DNA of 64,000 nt. Origin: a virus (taxonomy: Duplodnaviria; Caudoviricetes). The DNA is taken from IMG/VR virus record IMGVR_UViG_3300021255_002723, positions 1 to 64,000 of that record, one strand, 5' to 3'. The notes under the pieces were generated by a model. That model was given only the letters and a program-made list of their open reading frames with translations, was not told the DNA's origin and ran no database searches. Positions 21,426 through 31,529 of this stretch are shown one piece after another (position 1 is the first letter of the stretch; each line of letters begins with the position of its first letter). The translations under genes and the position numbers were made by a program.

Positions 21426-22217
21426 TTAGAAAAAATCTTGCATTAATTCTTTATAATAACTAGTGAATATATCATGATTAAGTCCACTATCAATAATTAC
21501 TATCATTGGTTTTCCATCCCTATTAACAATTCCAAAATTATTTAGAGATAAATCAGTCATTTTTGTTTTTATGATTAATTCTTTAAGTTCTTTAAACCAA
21601 ATATTGTTCGATATGTAATTTTCGTAATATCGGATAATACCAAATTCTTTATTAATATATGTACCAATAATATAATCTATTATATCCATAGCTGGACATT
21701 CATTATCATCATCATTCTTACTATTATAATCTTTAAGGTTTTTAAAATAATCATTAAATCCTATTTTAACATCGCCTTCTTTTGATGGATATATTGGTTC
21801 TTTTTTTGAATGTTGATAATAACGGCCATTATATGACATTCCCAATATTTGTTCAAAATCTTCAAACGTTGCTGGTAAGACATTTTCTGATATTAAATAA
21901 GTAAAATTTTCATCATGATATAATATTTTCGCTAGTAATGGCGAATTGGTTTCTTTAAAAACATTATATTCTGTACGATTTTGTGCAATACCAGCTGAAC
22001 GTTTTTTATATGCTAATTTAAGTACATAACTATCATTTAAAGTAAATACACACCTAGAACTGCCAAAAGCATCTGGCTCACCTAACCATTTTACACAATA
22101 ATCATATTGTTTTTCCCAACCCACAATAGCGGACAAAGTATTAAATGAAAAGCCTTCCCTATATGCTTCAAATAGCCTTTTTTGTTGCGACTCGTTTATT
22201 TTAATTGTTTTTCCCAT
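21426..22217 (-). CDS. protein kinase-like protein with INES leader (paralogue 1)
   Basis: FGSSRCVF Gly loop, VLKLA, QNRTEY, DLSLNNFG, IIDSG; likely start MGKTIKINESQ at 22217. Confidence 0.75.
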   Translation of the reverse strand: MGKTIKINESQQKRLFEAYREGFSFNTLSAIVGWEKQYDYCVKWLGEPDAFGSSRCVFTLNDSYVLKLAYKKRSAGIAQNRTEYNVFKETNSPLLAKILYHDENFTYLISENVLPATFEDFEQILGMSYNGRYYQHSKKEPIYPSKEGDVKIGFNDYFKNLKDYNSKNDDDNECPAMDIIDYIIGTYINKEFGIIRYYENYISNNIWFKELKELIIKTKMTDLSLNNFGIVNRDGKPMIVIIDSGLNHDIFTSYYKELMQDFF

Positions 22218-22219
22218 AA

Positions 22220-23014
22220 TTAATCTGCATAATGTTTTTCCCAAAGGTCAAGATTCATGCCAGCATCTAGTATAACTAATGTTGGCTTTCCGTCTCTATT
22301 GACCATTCCATAATTTTCAACGTTACAAAAATCAGATATTCTTGTCTCCTTAACCAAATCCCTAAGTGCACTCAACCATTCTGAACTATTTATTATTTTC
22401 TCTATTTTTTTGGCATCATCGCTATCTTCATCATTCATTACATATTTTGCTTCCAAATAGCAGAAAACATCATACAACGTGATTCCTTCATACTCTTGAT
22501 ACGGAGTTTTAATATTATCAAAATATTTATTAAAACCAACTGTTGTATCACCTTTGCCATTCTTACTAGAAACTTTCTTTGAGTTCTGATACCAAACATT
22601 GTTCACTGGTATACCCAATATTTTCTCAAAGTCTGTTTCTGTAGCTGGAACAACATTTTCACAAACCAAATATGTAAAGTTTTCATCTGCATCATATACC
22701 CTAGCTAATAATGGAGATTTATAACGGTTGTACATTTCATATTCCAATTTATTTTGTTCAACACCAGCATTTCTATAGCCACCCATAGCTAGTTTCAAAA
22801 CAACATTATCGCTTAATGTGAATACACATCTTGAAGAACCGAAACCATCTGGCTCCCCTAACCACTTTACACAATAATCATACTGCTTCTCCCAATCTCT
22901 CCAATCAGAAAAAGCATCACCACCAAGAATAGACAAAGTTTCAAAAGAAAAACCTTCTCTATAAGCTTCAAACAATCTATTCTTCTGTGATTCGTTTATT
23001 TTAATAATTTTCAT
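22220..23014 (-). CDS. protein kinase-like protein with INES leader (paralogue 2)
   Basis: GFGSSRCVF, VLKLA, QNKLEY, DFCNVENYG, ILDAG; likely start MKIIKINESQ at 23014. Confidence 0.75.
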   Translation of the reverse strand: MKIIKINESQKNRLFEAYREGFSFETLSILGGDAFSDWRDWEKQYDYCVKWLGEPDGFGSSRCVFTLSDNVVLKLAMGGYRNAGVEQNKLEYEMYNRYKSPLLARVYDADENFTYLVCENVVPATETDFEKILGIPVNNVWYQNSKKVSSKNGKGDTTVGFNKYFDNIKTPYQEYEGITLYDVFCYLEAKYVMNDEDSDDAKKIEKIINSSEWLSALRDLVKETRISDFCNVENYGMVNRDGKPTLVILDAGMNLDLWEKHYAD

Positions 23015-23016
23015 TA

Positions 23017-24600
23017 TTAATCTTCCGTTGCTTTTGAAACCCAATTATTTATGACAGAATCGCCCCATTTAGGGAATTCATTTCTTAGTTTTTCAGCAAG
23101 TTCTTCTCTTGAAGGCGCTGACAAATTAACGTTTCTATCTTTAAGTTTTATTGTTAAAGAATAACTCTTTTTTATCACAAAACTGTATAGTTCGTGCAAT
23201 GCGTTTTTCAGTACAGATATTATTTCAGATTTTCGTCTATTAACCTCGTTAAACATTTTTTCTTTGTCATAACCAATTTCACAGAATGAACCACTATGTT
23301 TGCAAACAATTGATTTAGATATTATATCTTTAATAATATTGTTAAAATCAATAGTAAAAATAACTATTTGTTTGTCATTAGAATCATAAATTGCATATTG
23401 TTTGTTCACCCCATCACCAAACACAAGGTAGTAATCTAAATTAAATCCCCATTTTCGATTGATTACGGCAAAATTATCAACTTGAAATGAGCATTGATTT
23501 AAATAGTTATTAACACAATAACTTATTGTTTTTTCATCTAGTTCACCATCATTAGTTAAAGCTTCATTAAACTTTTCTTCGCACAAGCTTTTTACTATTC
23601 GGTTAAATAAGTTTTCTAATACCTCATTCTCTGAAAGAGCAAATTCTTTTAAATAAGGCACTACCTTTTTAATACGAGCTTGTCTAAGCAGTTCTTTCTT
23701 TTCGTTGTATTTCCTTATTTTATCTTCTACTTTATCATTTTCCTTTTTGAAGCTGTTGAATATGTCTGAATTTTCATTAGGAGTCAGTTGAACTACAAGA
23801 CCTTCCTCTTGGGCTTTATAGGCGTTATTTATTAGTTTTTTTCTAAACTTTTTTAACAACGCATATGATTTTTTAATGAAAAAACGTTTGAAAGCTTTAT
23901 AATTAGAATTCAATAAACGTTTATTGCCAGAATACGAAACACCATTATTTTCCCATTTACTAGCAAAGTCATTTTTTAAATCGTTAAAAATAACATCCTC
24001 ATTTTTATTTGTGTGTGTCGCTAAATAATCAATCTCATCTTTTAACTCATTAATATAAGACTGACAATATTTCACGCCATATAAAGCATGAGATTGATAT
24101 GCATTTCTTTCAGTAAAAGTCCATAGCCTATATAAAATACTATTTATAGCTTCACAAGTTTCACTTCTTCGTCCTTTAAGTCTAATATAGTTTCCACCAT
24201 ATTGATAGCCAATTCTTTTATTTATTCTATCTTCTAAGTCGTGGTCAAGCGCGTGTGTTATTTCGTGATATAATCCAGTCAAAACATTAGATGCAGTTAT
24301 TTTACCATATAGATTCAAAACAATATCTTTTTTTGAAGTATGATACACCCCATCCCAACCATCACCATCAATTGTATATGTGACAACAATTGGTATTTCT
24401 TTACTGCCTAAATATAAGCTGTATCTTGCTTTAAACAGTTTGTTTCTATCAATTTTAGTTTTCATGTTTAATGGGGCGAAATCGTTTGCAATCTGTTTTG
24501 CTAGTTCAGTTATTGCATCGTTTCGCCACACCGCCATGTATTCTCTTAATAAAAACCTATTTATTTCTTCTTTAATAACTATAGTACACGCTTTTTTCAT
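23017..24600 (-). CDS. zincin-like metallopeptidase domain protein
   Basis: YHEITHALD plus downstream TERNAY; leader IVIKEEINRFLLRE. Confidence 0.65.
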   Translation of the reverse strand: MKKACTIVIKEEINRFLLREYMAVWRNDAITELAKQIANDFAPLNMKTKIDRNKLFKARYSLYLGSKEIPIVVTYTIDGDGWDGVYHTSKKDIVLNLYGKITASNVLTGLYHEITHALDHDLEDRINKRIGYQYGGNYIRLKGRRSETCEAINSILYRLWTFTERNAYQSHALYGVKYCQSYINELKDEIDYLATHTNKNEDVIFNDLKNDFASKWENNGVSYSGNKRLLNSNYKAFKRFFIKKSYALLKKFRKKLINNAYKAQEEGLVVQLTPNENSDIFNSFKKENDKVEDKIRKYNEKKELLRQARIKKVVPYLKEFALSENEVLENLFNRIVKSLCEEKFNEALTNDGELDEKTISYCVNNYLNQCSFQVDNFAVINRKWGFNLDYYLVFGDGVNKQYAIYDSNDKQIVIFTIDFNNIIKDIISKSIVCKHSGSFCEIGYDKEKMFNEVNRRKSEIISVLKNALHELYSFVIKKSYSLTIKLKDRNVNLSAPSREELAEKLRNEFPKWGDSVINNWVSKATED

Positions 24601-24710
24601 TTTTCAACACATTACGAATATATTATAAATATATTCAAAAAAACATTTGTCTAGCTATTGATTTTTCAAAATAAAATATTATATTTTATATATATAAAAT
24701 ATAATATTTT

Positions 24711-26675
24711 ATGGCATTATCATTAAGTAAAATAGAAAAAGCTCACGAATTATTGAAGAATTACAACGGTAGCAATTCTTACATAATTAAACTCAGGAAC
24801 GTCATATTTGCCTACAGACTTAGGGCTATGAACGATTTTGAGGCTGAGTATGTTCTGTGTAATTATGACAAAGAGCCTAAGTTAATCAATAAAATTGTTA
24901 AAATAGCTGATTGGTATGGAGTAAAATGTCAAGAAGAGTGGGAAACTGAATTTACACCGAATAGGTTCAAAATTACATGGTTTTTGGGCGAAACATCACA
25001 ATTCTATCATTTCTATTGTATCTATAGAAGGTCGCAAGAAAAAGCTGTTGAGGTCTTTGCCCCAAAGAAAGGAATCCTCACTGATTTCCTGTGTGAGGAT
25101 TGGAACTTGAAAGAAATTGATTTTAAGCCCTACAGCGACAAAAGTGGGCGCACCCTTTATCCTTACCAAGAAGAGGCTGTAAAGTTCCTTATAAGCCGTA
25201 AAAAGGCCATTCTCGCAAGCGAAATGGGTAGTGGTAAGACGTTGGCAGCAATCATAGCGGCATTGGAGGGAAAATACGAGAAGATTCTGATAATATGTCC
25301 AGCATCTGTAAAGCTCACTTGGAAAAAGGAATTGAACTTGTTGGTTGACGATGATGATATAACAATAGTGGAGGGTAGCAAGTGGAAGGAAAACAAATTT
25401 ACAATCATCAACTATGACATTCTTAGGAATTTCTACGAAGTTCCAACTGAAATTGTCAAAAAGAAGGAACTTAACTTGGATGACGATGGAAAAATTGTGA
25501 ATGTCATAAAGGAAAAGGAAGTCGTTTCAAGGAAGAAGTCAGTAATTGAAGAAGCAATGGAAAACAGCCAGCTTTACCAATCAAAGTTCGACTTGGTGAT
25601 AATAGACGAGGCACACAGACTTTCAAACACCACAAGCGGAATTTTCAAGATAGTTTCTGACCTAATGCACAGAAGCAACCCTAAAGGTATTTTTGCCATA
25701 ACTGGAACTCCTATCACCAACCGTCCTATAAATTTCTTCAACATACTGAAGATAATTGATGCTCCGTTGGCTAGTGATTGGAAATACTACGTTGAAAGAT
25801 ATTGTGATGGAAAGTTCTTCTACAATAAAAAAGAACGTGATGCATACTCTGCAATATTTTGTAGGAAAAAGAAAAAGAACAGTTGGTATGACCTCACTCA
25901 AGAAGAAAAAGAAGAGCTTGATGAAATACTAGACAAAAACTGCAAGAAGATATGGGTCACTAACGGTTCTTCAAACCTAGATGAGCTTCAAGAGGTCGTA
26001 AAGTCATACTATCTCAGGAGACTAAAAAGTGATTTCGGAAAGATAGTTAAAAAGACTGTTAAGGTTTTGAATTACAAATTAACGCCACAAGAAAAAAAGG
26101 AATATGACAGCGTATGGGAAGAGTATATTACGTCAAAAAATAACATTGGCAAAGAGGATATTAACAAATATAAAAATATTACTGAAGGGATTATGTTACG
26201 TCAATGGTTAGCAAAATCCATGACATCAAAGACGATTAAACTAGCGCAGAAATGCATAGACAGAGGTTATAAAGTGGTTATATTCTGCTCGTTTGATGAT
26301 GAGCTTAACGCCATTAAAAAAGCATTTAAAGACATTTGTGTGGTGCATAATGGAAAACAAACTGCCAAGAGGAAAGACAAAGCTGTGGAAGAGTTTCAAA
26401 ATAACCCTGATATAAAAGTGTTTATCGGAAACATACAATCCGCAGGTGTTGGCCTTACCCTTGTCGCTTCTCGTGTTGCAATATTCAATAGCTTTTCATG
26501 GGTAAGCGGTGACAATCTGCAAGCAGAAGACAGAATTCACAGATTAAATCAAAAAAATGACGTAACTATTTATTATCAAGTTTTTGAAGATACCTTTTAT
26601 AAGGAAATGCTAGAAAAGGTAAGAGGAAAACAAGAAATAATAAACAACATAATTGTTAGTGAAAATGATAAATAA
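24711..26675 (+). CDS. SNF2-family helicase/ATPase
   Basis: EMGSGKT, IIDEAH, TGTPITN, AGVGLTL, QAEDRIHRLNQ. Confidence 0.93.
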   Translation: MALSLSKIEKAHELLKNYNGSNSYIIKLRNVIFAYRLRAMNDFEAEYVLCNYDKEPKLINKIVKIADWYGVKCQEEWETEFTPNRFKITWFLGETSQFYHFYCIYRRSQEKAVEVFAPKKGILTDFLCEDWNLKEIDFKPYSDKSGRTLYPYQEEAVKFLISRKKAILASEMGSGKTLAAIIAALEGKYEKILIICPASVKLTWKKELNLLVDDDDITIVEGSKWKENKFTIINYDILRNFYEVPTEIVKKKELNLDDDGKIVNVIKEKEVVSRKKSVIEEAMENSQLYQSKFDLVIIDEAHRLSNTTSGIFKIVSDLMHRSNPKGIFAITGTPITNRPINFFNILKIIDAPLASDWKYYVERYCDGKFFYNKKERDAYSAIFCRKKKKNSWYDLTQEEKEELDEILDKNCKKIWVTNGSSNLDELQEVVKSYYLRRLKSDFGKIVKKTVKVLNYKLTPQEKKEYDSVWEEYITSKNNIGKEDINKYKNITEGIMLRQWLAKSMTSKTIKLAQKCIDRGYKVVIFCSFDDELNAIKKAFKDICVVHNGKQTAKRKDKAVEEFQNNPDIKVFIGNIQSAGVGLTLVASRVAIFNSFSWVSGDNLQAEDRIHRLNQKNDVTIYYQVFEDTFYKEMLEKVRGKQEIINNIIVSENDK

Positions 26676-27030
26676 AAACGATGTAGATGCTAGAATTTGT
26701 GCAAAAGGATTGTGCGGCGAATTGACAATAGAAGAAATAAACAACTTACCACGCGAATATGACGAATTGAAACCATCATTTAAAGAATGGTACTATTTCA
26801 TGAATCATGAACGTCCAAATCCAACAAAAAAAGAAACATTGAAAAGAAAAATACATCTAGTTTCAACTTTAACTTCATTGGCTAGTGATTCTGAAAGAAT
26901 AAAAGAAGCAGAGCGCAAGGTTTTCATTTCTTTTCCTGAAGAAAAACCAACTATATGGGGTAGTTTTAAAAATAAGATTAAACGAATCGTAAAATGGTTT
27001 GTAGCAATTAGGATAGTAAAAAAATTGTAA
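26665..27030 (+). CDS. hypothetical protein
   Basis: ORF coupled to the helicase gene. Confidence 0.6.
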   Translation: MINKNDVDARICAKGLCGELTIEEINNLPREYDELKPSFKEWYYFMNHERPNPTKKETLKRKIHLVSTLTSLASDSERIKEAERKVFISFPEEKPTIWGSFKNKIKRIVKWFVAIRIVKKL

Positions 27031-27032
27031 AT

Positions 27033-27593
27033 ATGAACATTATTAAAACTGATATTGAAGATGTTGTGATAATTGAACCAAAAATATTCAAAGATTCTAG
27101 AGGGTATTTTTTTGAGTCATTTTCACAAAGGGAGTTTGATGAAAAGGTAGCTCCAATTAATTTTGTCCAAGATAATGAAAGTATGTCTTCATATGGTGTT
27201 ATGAGAGGTTTGCATTTCCAAAAGCCGCCACATACTCAAAGCAAGTTGGTAAGATGTGTTAAGGGAAGAGTTTTGGACGTTGCTGTTGACATTAGGAAAG
27301 GCAGTCCTACATATGGTAGGCATGTAGCTGTAGAGCTTACAGAGGATAATCACAGACAATTATTCATCCCTAAAGGATTTGCTCATGGGTTTGCCGTACT
27401 GTCAGATGTTGCAGTGTTCCAATATAAGTGTGATGAGTTCTATCATCCAGAGGTGGACGGTGGTATCAGTATTATAGACGATTCACTTGGGATAGATTGG
27501 AAAATACCAACAGACAAGGTAATATTAAGTGAAAAGGACACAAAACATCCTTTATTGACTGAATTTGATTCACCATTTATTTATGAAAAATAA
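27033..27593 (+). CDS. rmlC: dTDP-4-dehydrorhamnose 3,5-epimerase
   Basis: DSRGYFFES, FVQDNES, RGLHFQ, KLVRC, DIRKGSPTYG, PKGFAHGF, YKCD. Confidence 0.96.
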   Translation: MNIIKTDIEDVVIIEPKIFKDSRGYFFESFSQREFDEKVAPINFVQDNESMSSYGVMRGLHFQKPPHTQSKLVRCVKGRVLDVAVDIRKGSPTYGRHVAVELTEDNHRQLFIPKGFAHGFAVLSDVAVFQYKCDEFYHPEVDGGISIIDDSLGIDWKIPTDKVILSEKDTKHPLLTEFDSPFIYEK

Positions 27594-27613
27594 TTACGCC
27601 AAAATAACTAGTT

Positions 27614-28483
27614 ATGAATATTAATTTAGATGACAAGAAAATTGTAAAAATCGTTTATGCTGTTGATGATTTTACGGAATTGAACATTGAATTTAAAGAC
27701 GGCAACATTTGTGCGGTAAACAAAAAGTACAAGAATGAAAACTCAAATTCCATGAATGAAATCAAGGACATGTTGGAAAAGAGTAGGTCATCAAATTGGC
27801 CAAGTGATATTGTTAAACGCAGGAATGAAATTGAAAAGAAAATTGAACAAGATAGGGAAAGCTTGGAAAAGTCTGTCAATGCAAAAAGAGCAGCAAAGAA
27901 TTCTGAAATAAAAAGTCTGTACGACTGCAAAAAGTTGATAGACATGGACAAAGATGGCAAACTTGATGTAATAGTAAAGGAGCATAGAGAACATGGTATA
28001 CCAAACCAATATGCTACGTTATTTAACACTTCATATAAAAATGAGCTTGATTTTGACAGATTAAATGAAGGTTTAGACGCTTTGGAATGTGCCACTAACA
28101 AAATTTGTGACAAATACATTAGCAAAAACGAAGAAGAAGAAACCTTAAAAAAGGAAATAGAAAATGCAGCAGAAAGTTCAACAGATAAAAAATACGAATC
28201 CGATGTTAAGAAGGATTTTATGTCAACTTTAGACACAATCAAAGAAAACGCTGAAAAATACATTGATGCCAAAGAATTAGAGGCAAAAAAGCATGAGGAA
28301 GAAATGACAGAGCTAATTCCAAACTTTGAAATAACTCAAATATTAATGGAACTTGTTAAAATGGGATATTTTGAAGACATTGGAAAACAATCAGATGGGA
28401 TTGAAAAATCACTATTTAGGGCTAGGTCAATAGTGGATGCAGTAAATAAAGTTAAGACTAGAAAAACTAAGAATAATGATTGA
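27614..28483 (+). CDS. hypothetical protein (coiled-coil)
   Basis: 289-aa K/E-rich ORF. Confidence 0.65.
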   Translation: MNINLDDKKIVKIVYAVDDFTELNIEFKDGNICAVNKKYKNENSNSMNEIKDMLEKSRSSNWPSDIVKRRNEIEKKIEQDRESLEKSVNAKRAAKNSEIKSLYDCKKLIDMDKDGKLDVIVKEHREHGIPNQYATLFNTSYKNELDFDRLNEGLDALECATNKICDKYISKNEEEETLKKEIENAAESSTDKKYESDVKKDFMSTLDTIKENAEKYIDAKELEAKKHEEEMTELIPNFEITQILMELVKMGYFEDIGKQSDGIEKSLFRARSIVDAVNKVKTRKTKNND

Positions 28484-28880
28484 AAAAGACGAGGTGGTTA
28501 AACTTGGATTTATAAGACTAATCGGTGAAGAGACTGATGGGTATTACAGATATGAGTTTATATTTACTGACAACATTGATGAGTTTTGGGGAGAAAATTT
28601 CGAATATAAACCAGCTTGCTTGGTTAACGACTTGACTCCTATGGATGAATACATAACCGAAATTCACATTGTAAAAATGAAAATCAAACTAGACCTCATA
28701 CAAAATTCATGCTGTTTCGGCTTCCAAGACTGTGCGGATGGCATAATTGCAATGGCATGGGAGAACTTGGACGAATATGATGAATATCCTGAAGAAGGTA
28801 GATTGTTCTTTAGATTTGGTGAGACATTAGAAGAGGTCGAAGAAAAATTAGCAATAAAAAACGTATTAATGCTTAATTAA
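28476..28880 (+). CDS. hypothetical acidic protein
   Basis: 134-aa ORF. Confidence 0.7.
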   Translation: MIEKDEVVKLGFIRLIGEETDGYYRYEFIFTDNIDEFWGENFEYKPACLVNDLTPMDEYITEIHIVKMKIKLDLIQNSCCFGFQDCADGIIAMAWENLDEYDEYPEEGRLFFRFGETLEEVEEKLAIKNVLMLN

Positions 28881-28881
28881 T

Positions 28882-29133
28882 ATGGTTGAGTCGAAATTTA
28901 AGAAAGGAGATTATATCATTAATCGTGCAGCTGGTGATATGGCAATTATTGATAAGGTAACGCCAAAAAACTATTACCAATTCAAAGCATATTATACTGA
29001 CATGTTTCATAAACTAGAAGATTTAAAACAATACAATAAAGAGCTTCAAATTAATTATCAAAAATTCTGGGATTTTTGTACCGATGATGAAAAGAAAAAA
29101 CTAGATGATATAATAAAAAAAGGAGAGAATTAA
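28882..29133 (+). CDS. hypothetical protein
   Basis: 83 aa, FKKGD SH3-like start. Confidence 0.65.
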   Translation: MVESKFKKGDYIINRAAGDMAIIDKVTPKNYYQFKAYYTDMFHKLEDLKQYNKELQINYQKFWDFCTDDEKKKLDDIIKKGEN

Positions 29134-29145
29134 TTCTCTCCTTTT
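29117..29145. terminator. bidirectional terminator
   Basis: aaaaggagagaat-t-aattctctcctttt between convergent genes. Confidence 0.7.
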
Positions 29146-29153
29146 AATGTTTA

Positions 29154-29227
29154 TTAAACTTTAGGAAAATCATATTTATCTCCGTGAACTTTTCTTGCTT
29201 TCTTTATAAAGCTTTCTAATTTCTCAT
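29154..29227 (-). pseudogene. fragment of a zinc-ribbon homing endonuclease
   Basis: Reads (MR/)LESFIKKARKVHGDKYDFPKV*, matching FIEEAKKVHGDRYDYSKV of 6849-7577; the ATG is out of frame. Confidence 0.7.
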
Positions 29228-29263
29228 AATTGTAATATAGTCACTTAGGTTCAATCATAACAT

Positions 29264-29644
29264 TTACTTAATTATAATCATTAAATCTTCTCTAATTGGC
29301 ATATTTAGTATTCCATTAGGGTATGTATATGAATCGTTTTTTAAACTAGGACTAAATGTTATTTCAAATGTGCCCTTAAACGCTCCTGCTTCCTTTGTAT
29401 CGTGTTTTTTCCAATCGTAGCATATAACATACTGCTCAGTGCAGTCATCGTTCTCACGGAGCTTTATATAGGCTTTATTTTTCGCCACCTTCGTCACGTT
29501 TGTATCTGCGTTCACCATCGTGAATGTAATATCAGCACCTTGTATGCATTCGTGAAACTTGTTAAAGTCATGTCTTCCGTCTTCAATCAACTCCATCTGA
29601 ATTCGTGGTAAAGTTGACCCTTGTTTTATGTAGAAATATTGCAT
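29264..29644 (-). CDS. BppU-N-like Ig-fold virion protein
   Basis: FYIKQGSTLP...ITFTM...YDW...DT...G.F.GTFEITF pattern. Confidence 0.6.
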   Translation of the reverse strand: MQYFYIKQGSTLPRIQMELIEDGRHDFNKFHECIQGADITFTMVNADTNVTKVAKNKAYIKLRENDDCTEQYVICYDWKKHDTKEAGAFKGTFEITFSPSLKNDSYTYPNGILNMPIREDLMIIIK

Positions 29645-29678
29645 ATATAAAATATAATTTGTTTTATATAAATATCAT

Positions 29679-31355
29679 TTAATCTTCTTTTTTCCATACA
29701 TATTTAAACAAACCACAATCCCAAATCCTATCATATCCAAGTTCTTTCGCCATTTCTAGTTCTGTCATTGTCATTGGGAAATCATACTTTTTGTGTAATA
29801 TTGATTTACACATAGACATTTTATGGACACGTTTGTATTTATCGACTTTTTCATTATAATATCTATAATCTGGTTTTGTTATTGATTCTAGTACGAAACC
29901 AAGTTTGGTATATAGATTGTTATTGCTCCAAGGTGTCCACCTTCTGTCTGCAAATGATACAACAGCTTCAGGCTCATATTTCCTTACAAAATAAGTAAAC
30001 ATTTTACTAGCAACTCCTTGGTATATGTAATGATAATCAGTTGCAAATCTAGTAAGCTCCCACCCATTGTTTGTGACATTACCATTTTTTAGTGCCATTA
30101 CTGCAACGAGTTTATCTTGGTAGAATCCACCAATATAAACAGTACTCTTGTAAAATCCTTGAATATGGAATTTATCTAGAAATTCTTTAGCGTCATTACT
30201 TAATATTTCACGAATTTGGATTTTACGTCCAGCTATTCGTTGCAAATTATAATCCTTACCAAGTATATGTTTTATTTTCGTCAATACAATATCTTTATGG
30301 TTAACGTATTCATCTTCAAAAATATGAATTAATCCATATCCTTTCTCATTGCATTGTAACGTTTTTTCTAAGTGATATTTATGATTTTTCTTGCCAAAAA
30401 ATTCGCTATGCCACTTTAAACCGTCAAATTCAATACCAATTTTAACACTTGGGACTAATATATCAATTTCCCTACCTATTAAAATTTGTCTGTTTGCATC
30501 GTGTTCTACCCCAAGTTCTGAAATATAATCATTAATTTCCTTTTCATATGAAGAAATGAATCTATTTTTTGACACAACAAGATTTCCAAGTTTCATATCC
30601 CTCTGTGCTTGCTCTAGCATATCTTTTGACATAACTCTTGCGTCTGGATATTGTTTCTTAAATTCCACCATTCCCATACTATGTGAGTTTCTAAGATGAC
30701 TATAAGTAATCTTAGGCATTTTTTTTCCGCAAATAGGGCATACCACATAGTTATTAGGGTCTTCGAGTCTTATTTCTTTTTCAATCACCTTAGTTTGCTT
30801 TTTGAAATAATTATAATCCTCTGGGTGCCTCTTAAGATGTTCCTTAATAGTCATATGGTGAACTGAAGTTAAGTGATGCGTAAAAGCACCACTCTTATTA
30901 CCAATATCATTAGTACCCCAATCGCAGTAAGGGCATTTAATAGAATATTCTACATCTTTTTCTTCCACAATATCAAACCATTGCTCCCACCAATAGTTAC
31001 CAGTTTCCATATAATATTTTCTTCTGTCATATAAAGTAGGGGCTTTAATATGATATACTTTCTCTATATATGTTGTCAGTAGCCCAGCATTGTTCATATG
31101 GTCATTATATTTAGTACCGTTGTTTTTGTCAACAGCGACATAATGATACCCATTATGTTCTTTGTATTTCTTTATACGATAGTCAGCGACAACAAATGAA
31201 CTCTTGTCCATTGGCTGTTTACCTTTTTTCCTCAATTCAACCCCATTGTCGGAGAGTATTTTCTTCACTTTCAATTTGCCAATATGATATTTCTCACAAA
31301 CATCATATATTCCCATACCATTTTGATAATCATTTATTAATTCTTTTGCGTTCAT
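29679..31355 (-). CDS. Hef-like homing endonuclease (zinc fingers, Vsr-like nuclease, GNAT-like C-terminus)
   Basis: CPYC..H...H and CPIC..H...H fingers, EIDI...IGIEFDGLKWHS, C-terminal ELTRFA...SFADRRW...GYDRIWDCG; likely start 31355. Confidence 0.75.
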   Translation of the reverse strand: MNAKELINDYQNGMGIYDVCEKYHIGKLKVKKILSDNGVELRKKGKQPMDKSSFVVADYRIKKYKEHNGYHYVAVDKNNGTKYNDHMNNAGLLTTYIEKVYHIKAPTLYDRRKYYMETGNYWWEQWFDIVEEKDVEYSIKCPYCDWGTNDIGNKSGAFTHHLTSVHHMTIKEHLKRHPEDYNYFKKQTKVIEKEIRLEDPNNYVVCPICGKKMPKITYSHLRNSHSMGMVEFKKQYPDARVMSKDMLEQAQRDMKLGNLVVSKNRFISSYEKEINDYISELGVEHDANRQILIGREIDILVPSVKIGIEFDGLKWHSEFFGKKNHKYHLEKTLQCNEKGYGLIHIFEDEYVNHKDIVLTKIKHILGKDYNLQRIAGRKIQIREILSNDAKEFLDKFHIQGFYKSTVYIGGFYQDKLVAVMALKNGNVTNNGWELTRFATDYHYIYQGVASKMFTYFVRKYEPEAVVSFADRRWTPWSNNNLYTKLGFVLESITKPDYRYYNEKVDKYKRVHKMSMCKSILHKKYDFPMTMTELEMAKELGYDRIWDCGLFKYVWKKED

Positions 31356-31376
31356 ATAACTTATATTTTTATAGTG

Positions 31377-31408
31377 CAAAGATATATATATATTTTCTAA
31401 TTTCCAAA
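31377..31408 (-). promoter_or_regulatory. Bacteroidota sigma70-type promoter
   Basis: Minus strand TTTG, 20 nt, TATCTTTG upstream of the endonuclease. Confidence 0.7.
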
Positions 31409-31468
31409 CATTATTAATTATTTATAATAAATATCAGAAAAAAATAAAAAGGGTTGAATAAAAACAAT

Positions 31469-31505
31469 AAAAAATCTTGAGCGATTTTTCACCCAAGATT
31501 TTTTA
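31469..31505 (-). terminator. terminator after the major capsid gene
   Basis: aaaaatcttg...caagattttt stem. Confidence 0.7.
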
Positions 31506-31529
31506 TGTAAGTTGCTGAAGTTCAGCGAT

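Noticed and set aside
27655-28272. Long antisense ORFs in the track (e.g. 27655-28272, 43455-43979, 47370-47918, 62763-63284)
   Set aside because: They are shadow frames opposite well-supported genes, with S/F/L-rich composition.
29611-29620. Partial TIR-like matches (aagttgaccc at 29611; gttgggtcaac near 50621)
   Set aside because: They are short, inside coding sequence, and lack the GGCAATAAC end, a partner repeat or a TSD.
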